From Nitrospirota bacterium (lineage in GTDB: Bacteria > Nitrospirota > Nitrospiria > 2-01-FULL-66-17), in contig JBMOMC010000002.1 of NCBI GenBank assembly GCA_049325335.1, forward strand, positions 32,001 through 96,000: a DNA stretch of 64,000 nucleotides, read 5' to 3'. The translations under genes were made by a program, and so were the position numbers. A model generated the notes under the pieces. It made no database searches. It was not told the origin of the DNA and was given only the letters and a program-made list of their open reading frames with translations. Of this stretch, positions 29,933-39,556 are shown in pieces (positions within the stretch are counted from its first letter, which is position 1; each line of letters opens with the position of its first letter).

Positions 29933-30238
29933 GCGCCCATCTTCCCGCGCGACTCCGCGCGCTGTCAAGCAGTCGAGTCGTGGTGAGACGCTCCGTGGCG
30001 CGTCCATGAACGTTCGGTTGATGCGCGGTTGACGGGCGTAATTGGCAGCTGCTATGGTACGCCTATGTTTTATGAGGATGGGGATGTTGTTTAAAGATTA
30101 AAAGCTCACTGCAATACCTGCGGCGCAAACCTCCGATCATAAAATCTTTAAACAACGTCCCCAATCAGTCCCAATTGGCTAGCACGCGTCCATCTTCCCG
30201 CGCGGCTCTGCGCGCTGTCAAGCGATCAAATGGTGGGG
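29930..30238. repeat. Imperfect ~40-55 bp direct repeat (29930-29985 and 30184-30238)
   Basis: CACGCG(C/T)CCATCTTCCCGCGCG(A/G)CTC(C/T)GCGCGCTGTCAAGC present twice. Confidence 0.8.
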
Positions 30239-30444
30239 CATTGACGGCTGCGTGATGTCAGAGGCCCTTGACGAGCGCGCGCTGAAGCGTGTTAGGCTGG
30301 GTACGCCTTATTGGGATTTGACAGTGGAAGTGAAGTGGCTTTGAGACCGTCGTGATAATAAATCTGTCCCGTTAGTTGTAGAGAGGGCCGAAGAAAATGG
30401 TTCCTGTCACCCTCCGGGTCCCTGGCCCCAATCGTGGGCCGCAA

Positions 30445-31620
30445 TCAGTTCAAGGGAACGAATGAATTCCGGAACGACATCCACGCCTCCGCAAACTGTT
30501 CAGTCCGACCCACATTCGACACCTGGTATTCCTCGTGCAGGCCACTACTGCTCTTGAAGACCAGCGCGCCGTATACGGTGACGGGAATCTGATAGTTGTC
30601 CTTGAAACGGCGATCAGGGCTGCCATCTTTGTTTGTCTTCGCCCAAGTATGCTCGATCACCCGGCTATCAGATGGCACATGCTCGTGCTCAATGAACTGA
30701 ACTGGTGTGTAAGTCAGAACGACGTCGCGCGTGTCGATAAGGGCAAAGGCCTCTTTGGACACGCGATAGAGAATAAACCCCGGATAGATCCATAGGTCAC
30801 CACCATTCCTATTCGCGAGGTGAGGCACCTGCTGATCCCAGCTAATTAATTCACTCCGTCCCAGTCTAAACGTGACAGGTTCTCTGGTGATGGCCTCTTT
30901 GGCGAGGGATCGTTCGACAATGGCATTTGTTGGCCGTTTGGTCAGCGTGTCCCAGATCTGTTGGGACTCCGCGAGTGTGGCAAATGTGTCGCGCATGCGG
31001 TAATAGGGCTCAGCTTGCTCGCTAGGAATATCGAACTCGGTTGCTAGTGTTGTGAGGCGGAGCTGCTCTTGCAGCTCCGCTTGCTTGGCGGTCGCAGTGT
31101 CAGCGTCATTTTTGAGTTGGGCAAACCGGGTCTTCCACAGATTTTTAAGTAGAAACCCTCGGTCCCATCGTTGATAGCGGTCCGCAGCGTGCTCTTGCTC
31201 GCGGTCTGCAAGCGCAAGTTCCCTCTCAATTTCGTCGTGCTCATCCCGTGTAGTCTTAAGCAATTTCCGAAACTCCTCGAGGCCCTCACTTGTGAGCATT
31301 TGAGTGCTCGCGCTGCGGACCTCCTGAGTCGGTGCCGCCGGTGGTGAGGTTGGTTTTGGGACGGAAACTGTGTCAGGGGGATCTAGAAACGGAGTGATGC
31401 TAGGGACATTCGCCGGATCAGTTGCGTGGAGCCCCCTCCCAGCGATCCGGGTACGAAAGGACACGCCGGTGCCAGGAGCTGAGACGTTTCCATAAACCCC
31501 ACGTGGTCCGATGTTGAGTGAAAACGGGGCGGTTCCAATGGTTGTACTAATACCACTACGCGAAAGATTGAGGCGGACGCCTGGCAGTAGTTTGAATGTC
31601 TTCCTGAACCGCCAACCCAT
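30445..31620 (-). CDS. DUF4236-domain protein, probably horizontally acquired
   Basis: MGWRFRKTFKLLPGVRLNLSRSGISTTIG...PGTGVSFR N-terminus, coiled coil, WAKTNKDGSPDRRFKDN motif; visibly lower GC than neighbours. Confidence 0.85.
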   Translation of the reverse strand: MGWRFRKTFKLLPGVRLNLSRSGISTTIGTAPFSLNIGPRGVYGNVSAPGTGVSFRTRIAGRGLHATDPANVPSITPFLDPPDTVSVPKPTSPPAAPTQEVRSASTQMLTSEGLEEFRKLLKTTRDEHDEIERELALADREQEHAADRYQRWDRGFLLKNLWKTRFAQLKNDADTATAKQAELQEQLRLTTLATEFDIPSEQAEPYYRMRDTFATLAESQQIWDTLTKRPTNAIVERSLAKEAITREPVTFRLGRSELISWDQQVPHLANRNGGDLWIYPGFILYRVSKEAFALIDTRDVVLTYTPVQFIEHEHVPSDSRVIEHTWAKTNKDGSPDRRFKDNYQIPVTVYGALVFKSSSGLHEEYQVSNVGRTEQFAEAWMSFRNSFVPLN

Positions 31621-31903
31621 GTGTCACTCGCTACTATAACAAGGCAGGAGAACCTCAAATACCCCTCCTATTTACTCGGATTCCCTGTCGGAGTCAATCG
31701 ACTAACAAGCAATCCCTCAGGCTCGCTTCAAAATATCGCAGACAAAGGAACTTATCAGCGCAACGCCCACCGAGTGACGCAAAGTAAGGGCCTCTCTCCT
31801 AACCCGCGTTGGTTTTGACACGAGGTCGGCTGTGGCTATACTTGGCCGCGTCGCGAGGGGAGCCGTTTGGTCGGTCTTCCTCGCGCTCTTACTTATCGCA
31901 GAC

Positions 31904-33619
31904 ATGGTGCACGAACCCCTCAAGCCGGCATCTGTTGGAGCCCAGCTGGCACCCGAAAATCCTTTGGTCGAGTCCGCCCGCGAGGTGATGCGCGGGTTGG
32001 TCAAGGCCGTCAAAGCGTCGAAGATGTATCTGCCGGAGCACGAGATTTGCCGGAAGTTCCGAGACGATTTTGCAGGGCGGCTGTTGCGGCATCTGGACGA
32101 ACAGGGCGACCTGGCGCTGACGGTCAAGGGGTGCGAGTTCTATGTCGGAGACACGCCGGTGTATGAGGAGCCCAACCGGTTCGAGAATCTGGCGTTTCGG
32201 TGTTCGTCGGACGGCCTTTGTGAATTGGTCCTCCACCAGGGGCTGACGCGCGCAGACCTCGACCGGTTGTTGGATGTGCTCACGTCCGACGCGCGGCCGC
32301 TGGACAACGACATTGTCACTAGGTTGTGGGAGCAGCCGATTCCGCACGTCACGTATGAAGTGGCCGAGGTCGATGAAGCCTCGGATCGCGAGGTGGCGCT
32401 GTCATCCCGACCGCCGGGCGCGAGATCGTTGTCCGAAGCCGCTGATGACGCTCCAGGGGCCGGGGCGCCCGCTCCTGAGCCGGAGGTCATTCCCGACTCG
32501 CTGCGTCATGACAGTCCGGTGTTCACGCTGACGGATCAGGACATCGAGTTGCTGCAACGGCAAGTGGTGGAAGACAGCACGCAGGATTACGTGGGGCAGT
32601 TGATCGATATTCTGACGTCGATTCTGATGTTGGACGACGATGAGCAGTCGTTTCTGGAAGTGTTGCAGGTGTTGGACGACATTGTGGCCGCCAGCGTCAC
32701 GCAGGATCGGTTCGAGCGCGCCAACGATATCGTGAGCCGGTTGTCGGCGTTGCGGGACGACGAGGTCAAGGTCTCGGCGCGCAGTCGCGAGTTGATTCGC
32801 GTAGTCTGGACCCAGATGGGGAGTTGGGAGCGCGTGGCGCCCTTGGGGAATTCCCTCAGTCGGCAAGGCGCGTGGGAGTCGGACGCCATTGCGCGCTATC
32901 TGATCCAACTGCCGTCTTCCGCCGTGGACTCGCTGATCACTCTGCTCGATCACGTGCAGACCGCCAAAGGGCGACGGATCATTTGCGACGCGTTGACCGC
33001 GTTTGCGGGCGAGGCGCTGGACGCCATGCTCTCGCGGCTTCCGGAGGCGCCTTGGTACGTGGCGCGCAATCTGATCTATGTTCTGGGGCGCGTGAAGGAT
33101 CCTCGTGCTCAGCCGGCATTGGAAACGTTCATGGGGCATGCCGATGTGCGCCTTCGCCGCGAAACGCTCAAGGCGTTGGAAGCGCTCGGCGCCGAGCGGC
33201 TGGCCGAGGCGCTTCCCCAGTGGTTGGGTGATGATGACGACGGGGTGCGACTGCACGTGCTTCGTTTGGCGCGCCGTCATCCATCGCGGGATCTTCTGGC
33301 GGCCTTGATCGCGGCGATCAATGACCGCGGGTTTGCCCACCGCAAGGACGCGGAACAGCGCGAGTGGTTTGATACGCTCGCGGATGTTGGGGGCGACGCG
33401 GCGTTGTCGCTGATCCGGCCGTGGTTGGAGCTGGGACGCGGGTGGCGGCAACTCTGGTCGGCGCGGCACGATGCGCGGGCGCGGCATGCCGTGGCGCTGG
33501 TGCGGCGAGTCGGGTCCTCCGCCGCGGTGGCGCTCTTGCGGGAAACCGTCGCGTCCGCGCGAGGGGACATCCGCGAGGAAGCGCGCCGCGCCCTGCAGGA
33601 CCTGGAGCGTGCGGCGTGA
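31904..33619 (+). CDS. HEAT-repeat protein
   Basis: WYVARNLIYVLG, DVRLRRETLKAL and further HEAT-like units; coupled to the HD-GYP gene. Confidence 0.85.
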   Translation: MVHEPLKPASVGAQLAPENPLVESAREVMRGLVKAVKASKMYLPEHEICRKFRDDFAGRLLRHLDEQGDLALTVKGCEFYVGDTPVYEEPNRFENLAFRCSSDGLCELVLHQGLTRADLDRLLDVLTSDARPLDNDIVTRLWEQPIPHVTYEVAEVDEASDREVALSSRPPGARSLSEAADDAPGAGAPAPEPEVIPDSLRHDSPVFTLTDQDIELLQRQVVEDSTQDYVGQLIDILTSILMLDDDEQSFLEVLQVLDDIVAASVTQDRFERANDIVSRLSALRDDEVKVSARSRELIRVVWTQMGSWERVAPLGNSLSRQGAWESDAIARYLIQLPSSAVDSLITLLDHVQTAKGRRIICDALTAFAGEALDAMLSRLPEAPWYVARNLIYVLGRVKDPRAQPALETFMGHADVRLRRETLKALEALGAERLAEALPQWLGDDDDGVRLHVLRLARRHPSRDLLAALIAAINDRGFAHRKDAEQREWFDTLADVGGDAALSLIRPWLELGRGWRQLWSARHDARARHAVALVRRVGSSAAVALLRETVASARGDIREEARRALQDLERAA

Positions 33620-35085
33620 CGCGCGGCGGGACTCCTCATCACGCGGCGCCCAAACTGTTCGATGCGGTCAAGGGCAGTCACATCCGAGACGAGAACCTGC
33701 ACCGGATCGGCAAACGCCTCGTGTATCAAGTTCACATTCTCCTCAAGACCGCGCACATCCATTTGGCGGGCAACGTGGCGCTGAGTCAATCCGCGGACCG
33801 GCTGGTCAAGACCGTCGTGGAGGTGCACGACTGGCGGGCCGAGCCCGTGTTGCGCCAGGACGGCGATCATGTATACCTCGATGACATTCGGCTCAAGGTT
33901 GATCTGGAAGGGTACATCGGGTTCAGCGAAGTGATCGCCGCTATGCAGGCGCGCGGGGTGGGAAGCGTTCGGTTCGACGCGGGCCTGAGCCCTGGAGACG
34001 TCATCGCGTTCGCGCACGAGTGGGCGACCGCCGCGACCACGACCGCGGAGGAACTGGGCGCGGCCCTGACCCGCGTTGGGGTGTCGCACGTGGAGGTTGC
34101 CCCGCCGCTGTCGGCCCGCGCGAAGCCGTCCCGCGAACACGAGAGCCAGAAAGCGGTGGCCAAACGCACCTACTTCCGCACGATCTCCGCCGTCGCGGAG
34201 GTGATGGAGAGCGTCAAACTCAAACAGGCGGTGGGCGTACGAAAGTCCAAACGCGTGGTGCAGGGCCTCGTGGACAACCTGTTGCAGGATGAGAACACCT
34301 TGCTGGGTCTCACCACGCTGCGAAGCCACGACGAATACACGTACAGCCATTGCGTGAACGTCTGTATCCTCGCGCTCTCGATCGGTCAGCGGCTGGGTTA
34401 TGAACGGACGCACCTGTCCGAACTCGGCGTAGCCGCCCTGTTCCACGACGTGGGGAAGACGGACATTCCACTGGAGATCCTGAACAAGGCGGGGGATTTC
34501 ACGCCGGAGGACTGGCGGGTCATTCGGCGGCATCCCGTGTATGGCGTGAAAAGCCTGTTGCGCCTCAAGGGGCTCGACGACGTGTCCACGAAGATCGTGA
34601 TCGCGGGATTCGAGCATCACCTCAATTATGACTTGTCGGGGTATCCCAAGATCGCAGTGCCGCGCAAACTCACCTTGTTCGGGCGGATCATCTCGCTCGC
34701 GGATTGTTACGACGCCATGACCGCCTCGCGCGTGTACAGCCGGGTGCCGCTGTCGCCCGACAAGGCGTTGAGCCTCATGGCGGCCAAGGCCGGGACGGTG
34801 TACGACCCGTTATTGCTCAAGGTGTTCGCCAACACGATGGGCGTGTACCCGGTGGGGACGATTGTGCGGTTCGACACCGGGGAACTGGCGGTGGTCGTCG
34901 GTGGCCACCAGTCCGCGGATCGCCGCGCGCATCCATTGGTCAAACTTATTCGTGACGCCTCGGGCCGCGAGGTGGACGGGGACACGATCGACCTCGCGGC
35001 CGCGAACGCGCGTCCGACGCGTCGGATCGTGGACACCGCGGACGCCCAGTCGCTCGGCATCGACCTCGCCCGGTACTTTCTGTAG
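33616..35085 (+). CDS. HD-GYP domain protein (putative cyclic-dinucleotide phosphodiesterase)
   Basis: HDEYTYSHCVNV, FHDVGK, HP, HHLNYDLSGYP, ADCYDAMT; GTGA overlap. Confidence 0.9.
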   Translation: MTRGGTPHHAAPKLFDAVKGSHIRDENLHRIGKRLVYQVHILLKTAHIHLAGNVALSQSADRLVKTVVEVHDWRAEPVLRQDGDHVYLDDIRLKVDLEGYIGFSEVIAAMQARGVGSVRFDAGLSPGDVIAFAHEWATAATTTAEELGAALTRVGVSHVEVAPPLSARAKPSREHESQKAVAKRTYFRTISAVAEVMESVKLKQAVGVRKSKRVVQGLVDNLLQDENTLLGLTTLRSHDEYTYSHCVNVCILALSIGQRLGYERTHLSELGVAALFHDVGKTDIPLEILNKAGDFTPEDWRVIRRHPVYGVKSLLRLKGLDDVSTKIVIAGFEHHLNYDLSGYPKIAVPRKLTLFGRIISLADCYDAMTASRVYSRVPLSPDKALSLMAAKAGTVYDPLLLKVFANTMGVYPVGTIVRFDTGELAVVVGGHQSADRRAHPLVKLIRDASGREVDGDTIDLAAANARPTRRIVDTADAQSLGIDLARYFL

Positions 35086-35199
35086 CCGCAGCGCGGTCTC
35101 CCCTTGATTTTCCCTCAGGCTGTGGTGTATCTCTATCCCGGTTTTGGGGACGGGTGTCCCCCTCCGGAATATGCATCCAACTGACATGAGAGAGGGGAG

Positions 35200-35508
35200 G
35201 TGATCGTAGTGATGAAGAAGCTCGTGGTGGTGCCCTTGATTGCCGCGCTGTTGATGCTGCCCTTGACCGGGTGTGAATCCAAAAAGCTCAAAGAGGAGAA
35301 CGCGAGTCTGAAACAACAAGTGGACTCGTTGACCCAAGAGAAGAACGGGTTGGCGGCGAAGACCGACGAATTGAGCAAGTCCAACATGGACCTCCAGGCG
35401 AAGATCGGCGACTTGGAAAAGAAGGTGGAAGAGTTGTCAAAGCCGAAACCGGCTCCGAAGCCCGCGGCGAAGGCGCCCGCCAAGAAAGCTCCGGCGAAGA
35501 AGAAGTAA
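35200..35508 (+). CDS. Coiled-coil lipoprotein with Lys/Pro/Ala-rich tail (paralog A)
   Basis: RBS GGGGAG; lipobox LTGC; heptad repeats; KPAPKPAAKAPAKK tail. Confidence 0.85.
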   Translation: MIVVMKKLVVVPLIAALLMLPLTGCESKKLKEENASLKQQVDSLTQEKNGLAAKTDELSKSNMDLQAKIGDLEKKVEELSKPKPAPKPAAKAPAKKAPAKKK

Positions 35509-35532
35509 GGCGGTTGTCGATGATGTGTCGCG

Positions 35533-35557
35533 AGGGCGGACCGATTCGGTCCGCCCT
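35533..35557 (+). terminator. GC-rich hairpin, putative terminator
   Basis: AGGGCGGACC-GATTC-GGTCCGCCCT followed by a weak T tract. Confidence 0.55.
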
Positions 35558-35654
35558 TCGTGTTGTGGCTCCGCGTCATTCGTGGGGTGGCGTAGGGCTG
35601 CTGGGTTCAGGGCTTTACACGGTTCTGCGGCCGGCAGTAGGATAGCGGGACCCG

Positions 35655-37151
35655 ATGGTTACGCCACGCCTCCGTTCCGCCGCCCCGCGCGGTCCGTTCC
35701 GCGCGTTCCAACGTCTTCATCTCACCACCAAACTCCTCTTGATGATGGGAGTGCTGACCGTGCTATCGCTCGGTTCGGTCTTCCTGTTCTATGCGTATAA
35801 TGAACGACTGCTCATTCGAGAGATTACCGAGAATGTGAACGATCTCTCATCCGCGATCCAGATCAGCGGCGAGGAATTGACCAGCCAGGCGTCCACCAAC
35901 GAGGGCCGGCTTCAAGATTATGTGGGCCGGTTGACTAAAAAGGGCGTGCGGGAAATTTCCATCATCAGTAACTCCGAAAAGGTCATTGCCAGCTCAAACC
36001 CGACTCGCGTGGGCCAGAAAATCAACCCGCATCGCAAGGATTTGTTCATCACGGCGCGACTGGGCGAGGGCAACGCCGAAGGCGTTCAGACCCATAATCT
36101 CTTGGTGCCGATTGTCGTGGACAAGCAACAGGTCGGCTACGCCCACATCATGTTGGTGATGGACGATTACGAGCGGCTGCTCCGGACGAATCTGATCAAA
36201 CGGTTGATGGTGACGGGCGGGATCTTCGGGCTCGGAGCCGGACTGGTGCTGTTTTTGTCGTGGCGGTACACGCGTCCCATCTATCAGGTCGTTGCGGTCG
36301 CCAAGCAAGTGGCCGCGGGCAACCTGTCGGCCACGCTTCCTCAAGACCGCGGCGACGAAATCGGCGAGCTGATTGCCAGCGTGAACGAGATGGTCGATCG
36401 GCTCAGAGAGCAGCGCGCCTTGGAAGACCGGCTGCGCGAGGCCGAGCGGTTTTCGGCGTTGGGGCAGCTCGCGGCTGGGATTGCCCACGAGATCCGCAAT
36501 CCACTGAATTTCATCAGCCTGTCCCTCGACCGCGTTCGAGATCTCGTCAAGCGGGAGGATGGCGGCCGATCCGATGAGATCCCGGCGCTCCTCGGGAGTA
36601 TCAAGGGCGAGGTGTTCCGGCTCAATCGCCTGATCGATAGTTTTTTGAAGTACGGGCGTCCGGTGAAGCTGGCGCGGCAGTGGGTGTCGGTGCGCGCGCT
36701 GCTGGACGACGTGATCGCGCTGGTCCGCCCGAAAGCGGATGAAGCCCGCGTGGCGCTGTCGGTGGACGGGGAGTCCCTTCCGCCGTGTTTCGTGGATCCC
36801 GAGCAGATCACCCGGTGCGTCATGAACGTGATGCTCAATGCCTTTCAGTCGATGCCGGACGGCGGGAGACTGCGCGTGGTCTTGGCCTTGGAGCCCGGGG
36901 GCGACGAGTCCGTCGGGCGGTTCGTGCGGCTGGCAATCGGGGACACCGGGGCCGGTATCGGAGAAGAGGACTTGTCCCGGGTGTTCGAACCGTATTTTAC
37001 GACCAAGAAGCTGGGCATCGGTCTGGGACTAGCCCTGACCAAGCAGATTATCGAAGAACACGGCGGGACGATCGCGATTGCCAGCCGGATCGGCGAGGGA
37101 ACCACGGTCTCGATGCGGGTGCCGGTCGGACGCGACGAGGCGCGCGGATGA
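35655..37151 (+). CDS. Membrane sensor histidine kinase with HAMP domain (NtrB/AtoS-like)
   Basis: 2 TM, HAMP (DEIGEL), AHEIRNPLN, NAFQSM, DTGAGI, FEPYFTTK, GLGL. Confidence 0.93.
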   Translation: MVTPRLRSAAPRGPFRAFQRLHLTTKLLLMMGVLTVLSLGSVFLFYAYNERLLIREITENVNDLSSAIQISGEELTSQASTNEGRLQDYVGRLTKKGVREISIISNSEKVIASSNPTRVGQKINPHRKDLFITARLGEGNAEGVQTHNLLVPIVVDKQQVGYAHIMLVMDDYERLLRTNLIKRLMVTGGIFGLGAGLVLFLSWRYTRPIYQVVAVAKQVAAGNLSATLPQDRGDEIGELIASVNEMVDRLREQRALEDRLREAERFSALGQLAAGIAHEIRNPLNFISLSLDRVRDLVKREDGGRSDEIPALLGSIKGEVFRLNRLIDSFLKYGRPVKLARQWVSVRALLDDVIALVRPKADEARVALSVDGESLPPCFVDPEQITRCVMNVMLNAFQSMPDGGRLRVVLALEPGGDESVGRFVRLAIGDTGAGIGEEDLSRVFEPYFTTKKLGIGLGLALTKQIIEEHGGTIAIASRIGEGTTVSMRVPVGRDEARG

Positions 37152-38512
37152 CGCGATCGCTGCTGGTGGTGGACGACGAGCGCTCGCAACGCGAGATTCT
37201 GGAGCGTATTCTTCGCGACGAGGGGTACGAGGTGCGCACCGCGGGGACGGCGCGGGAGGCGGCCTCGATTCAGCGCCGTGGTCCGTGTGACGTCGTCCTG
37301 AGCGACGTGAAGATGCCGGACACCGAGGGGGTGTCCGTGCTGAACGATCTGCTCGGCGCGGCGCCAAACTCGACCGTGATCCTGATGACCGCGCACGGAA
37401 CGATCGACTCCGCGGTGGACGCGATGAAAAAGGGCGCGTTCGACTACCTGACGAAGCCGCTGGATAAGGATGAGTTGCTGATCACCATCGCGCGGGCGTT
37501 CGAGCGCGTGAGCCTCTTGCGGGAGAACCGGCGGCTGCGCCAAGAACTAGATGACCGCGTTCGGGTCGGAAGCCTCATCGGACACCACCCGTCGATGCAG
37601 GACATCATCAAGGTCATCAAGAAGGTGGCGCCCAGCGCGTCGACCGTCTTGATCGTGGGTGAGAGCGGCACCGGCAAAGAGCTCATTGCGCGCGCGATTC
37701 ATGATGAGAGCCCCCGACGGGAGCTGCCGTTTCAGGCGATCAACTGCGCGGCCATTCCCGATCCGCTGATGGAAAGCGAACTGTTCGGCTATGAGAAGGG
37801 GGCGTTCTCCGGCGCGCAGACTCGCAGCATCGGCCTCTTCGAGGCGGCTCACCGCGGGACGATCTTCCTGGATGAGATCGGCGACCTCGGGCTCGGTCTG
37901 CAGGCGAAAATCTTGCGCACGTTGCAGGAGCGGACGATTCGCCGGGTCGGGGGACAAGAAGAAGTCCCGATCGACGTTCGCGTGGTGGCGGCGACCAACA
38001 AAGACCTCGAAGCGGAGATCACCGCGGGTCGGTTCCGTCTGGATCTGTTCTATCGCCTCAACGTGGTGACGCTCCGGGTGCCGCCGCTTCGCGAGCGTAC
38101 GGCGGACATCCCGTACCTGGTCGACGCGTTTCTTCACAAACACGAGGGTATGGACCGTGGCGCCAAGACCATCTCGAAAGACGCACTGCGCGTGCTGATG
38201 GACTATCCGTGGCCGGGCAACGTCCGTCAGTTGGCCGCGACCATCGAGCGCGCGGTACTGCTCTGCGAGAAAGATGAAATTCAGGTGGATGATCTCCCGC
38301 CGGAAATCCGTCGGCCGCCGTCTCCGCTTCCCACCCCGTTTCAACTCCCGGTCGGCGGCGTGTCGCTCGATCAGCTCGAACGATCCTTGATCGAACAGGC
38401 GATGGCTCAGAGTCATGGAGTGATCGCCAAGGCCGCCCGTCTCCTCGGGCTCTCATACAAGACGCTCCAATATCGGCTCGAGAAGTTGCGGGCCGCCGAC
38501 CCGCCGACCTGA
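37148..38512 (+). CDS. Sigma54-dependent response regulator (NtrC family)
   Basis: REC, GESGTGKE, ESELFGYEKGAFSGA, FLDEIG, WPGNVRQL, Fis-type HTH. Confidence 0.95.
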   Translation: MTRSLLVVDDERSQREILERILRDEGYEVRTAGTAREAASIQRRGPCDVVLSDVKMPDTEGVSVLNDLLGAAPNSTVILMTAHGTIDSAVDAMKKGAFDYLTKPLDKDELLITIARAFERVSLLRENRRLRQELDDRVRVGSLIGHHPSMQDIIKVIKKVAPSASTVLIVGESGTGKELIARAIHDESPRRELPFQAINCAAIPDPLMESELFGYEKGAFSGAQTRSIGLFEAAHRGTIFLDEIGDLGLGLQAKILRTLQERTIRRVGGQEEVPIDVRVVAATNKDLEAEITAGRFRLDLFYRLNVVTLRVPPLRERTADIPYLVDAFLHKHEGMDRGAKTISKDALRVLMDYPWPGNVRQLAATIERAVLLCEKDEIQVDDLPPEIRRPPSPLPTPFQLPVGGVSLDQLERSLIEQAMAQSHGVIAKAARLLGLSYKTLQYRLEKLRAADPPT

Positions 38513-38514
38513 AC

Positions 38515-38528
38515 ACCCCAAATGGGGT
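38515..38528. promoter_or_regulatory. Putative enhancer (UAS) palindrome
   Basis: ACCCCA-AA-TGGGGT about 100 bp upstream of a sigma54 site. Confidence 0.45.
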
Positions 38529-38625
38529 AGGCGGTCGCCGCATTTCGGGTATCGCGGCGGCCACGCGTTCGGGCCACGGTTTGCAACTCTCTCGATTGCC
38601 GAGTGTTTTAACCCCGTCATGCTCC

Positions 38626-38641
38626 TGGCACGCCCTATGCT
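38626..38641 (+). promoter_or_regulatory. Sigma54 (-24/-12) promoter
   Basis: TGGCACGCCCTATGCT versus consensus TGGCACGNNNNTTGCW, 35 bp before a gene with a strong RBS. Confidence 0.75.
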
Positions 38642-38676
38642 GTAGCGAGCTGTTTCAAGAAAGGAGGTGATGTCAG

Positions 38677-38940
38677 ATGAAGCAGTGGCTCAAGAGTGTG
38701 TGCGCGATGGCGGCGGTGTTGGTGTTCGCGGCGGCGGCGTATGCCGGGATGACCTCGGTCAGCGGCGAGGTCGCCAAGTACGAAGCCGGGAAGACCCTCT
38801 CGGTCAAAGACGCCAAGGGCGCGGTGGCGATGTTCGAGATCTCCAAGGACACGAAGGTCGAAGGCGAGGTGAAAGTTGGCGCCAAGGTGTCCGTGGAGGC
38901 TGATGGAAACAAGGCCCATTCGGTCAAAGCGGCCAAATAA
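38677..38940 (+). CDS. Small secreted beta-barrel (OB-fold-like) protein
   Basis: RBS AAGGAGGT; signal peptide ending AYA; short Lys-rich beta-strand pattern. Confidence 0.85.
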   Translation: MKQWLKSVCAMAAVLVFAAAAYAGMTSVSGEVAKYEAGKTLSVKDAKGAVAMFEISKDTKVEGEVKVGAKVSVEADGNKAHSVKAAK

Positions 38941-39081
38941 CGGTCGGGTCTGATTCCGGCACGGTACGGTAGGGGCGCCGATCCTCTCGGGAGGGGGATC
39001 GGCGGCGCGCGCCGCACGGGCTTGCTTCCTTCTACCGTACCTGCCGGACGGCCTTGGCGTGAACACGACGGGAGACGCAAG

Positions 39082-39417
39082 ATGATGATGCGACGGGTGA
39101 TGCCGTGGGTGGCGATCGGGCTGGTGGCCGTGTTGCCGATCCTCGGAGGTTGTGAAAGCAAACAACAACGGGAGGACAACGCAAAACTCAAGGCGCAGGT
39201 CCAAGCGTTGACGCAGGAGAAGGGCGAGTTGCAACGCAAGGTGGACGGCGCGCAACAAGAGCAGGCTCAGCTCAAGACGAAAGTCGATGAGTTGACGAAA
39301 AAAATCAGCGACGCGGAGGCCAAGCTGGCCGCGGCGGCCAAGCCCGCTCCCAAGGCGGCGAAAGTAACGGTCAAGCCGGCGGCCAAACCCGCCCCCAAAC
39401 CGGCGGTCAAAAAGTAA
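39082..39417 (+). CDS. Coiled-coil lipoprotein with Lys/Pro/Ala-rich tail (paralog B)
   Basis: Lipobox LGGC; GCESK..NA.LK.QV..LTQEK shared with 35200-35508. Confidence 0.85.
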   Translation: MMMRRVMPWVAIGLVAVLPILGGCESKQQREDNAKLKAQVQALTQEKGELQRKVDGAQQEQAQLKTKVDELTKKISDAEAKLAAAAKPAPKAAKVTVKPAAKPAPKPAVKK

Positions 39418-39442
39418 CCGTATCGAGCATCGGTTCTACCGA

Positions 39443-39470
39443 AGGGGCTTGCCTGGTCCGGCAGGCCCCT
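39443..39470 (+). terminator. GC-rich hairpin, putative terminator
   Basis: AGGGGCTTGCC-N6-GGCAGGCCCCT. Confidence 0.5.
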
Positions 39471-39556
39471 CGTGTATCAAGACCGAACAACGATTGACAG
39501 CAGCCGATTCGCCTCTATATTTGTGATGGCTGGATCTGCCGCCCGAGGAAACGATC

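Noticed and set aside
29930..30440. CRISPR array or tRNA/att site
   Set aside because: Only two degenerate repeat units with no regular spacers; no cloverleaf or integrase seen.
38570..38585. Second sigma54 site CGGGCCACGGTTTGCA
   Set aside because: GG-N10-GC spacing fits, but the -24 element matches poorly compared with the site at 38626.
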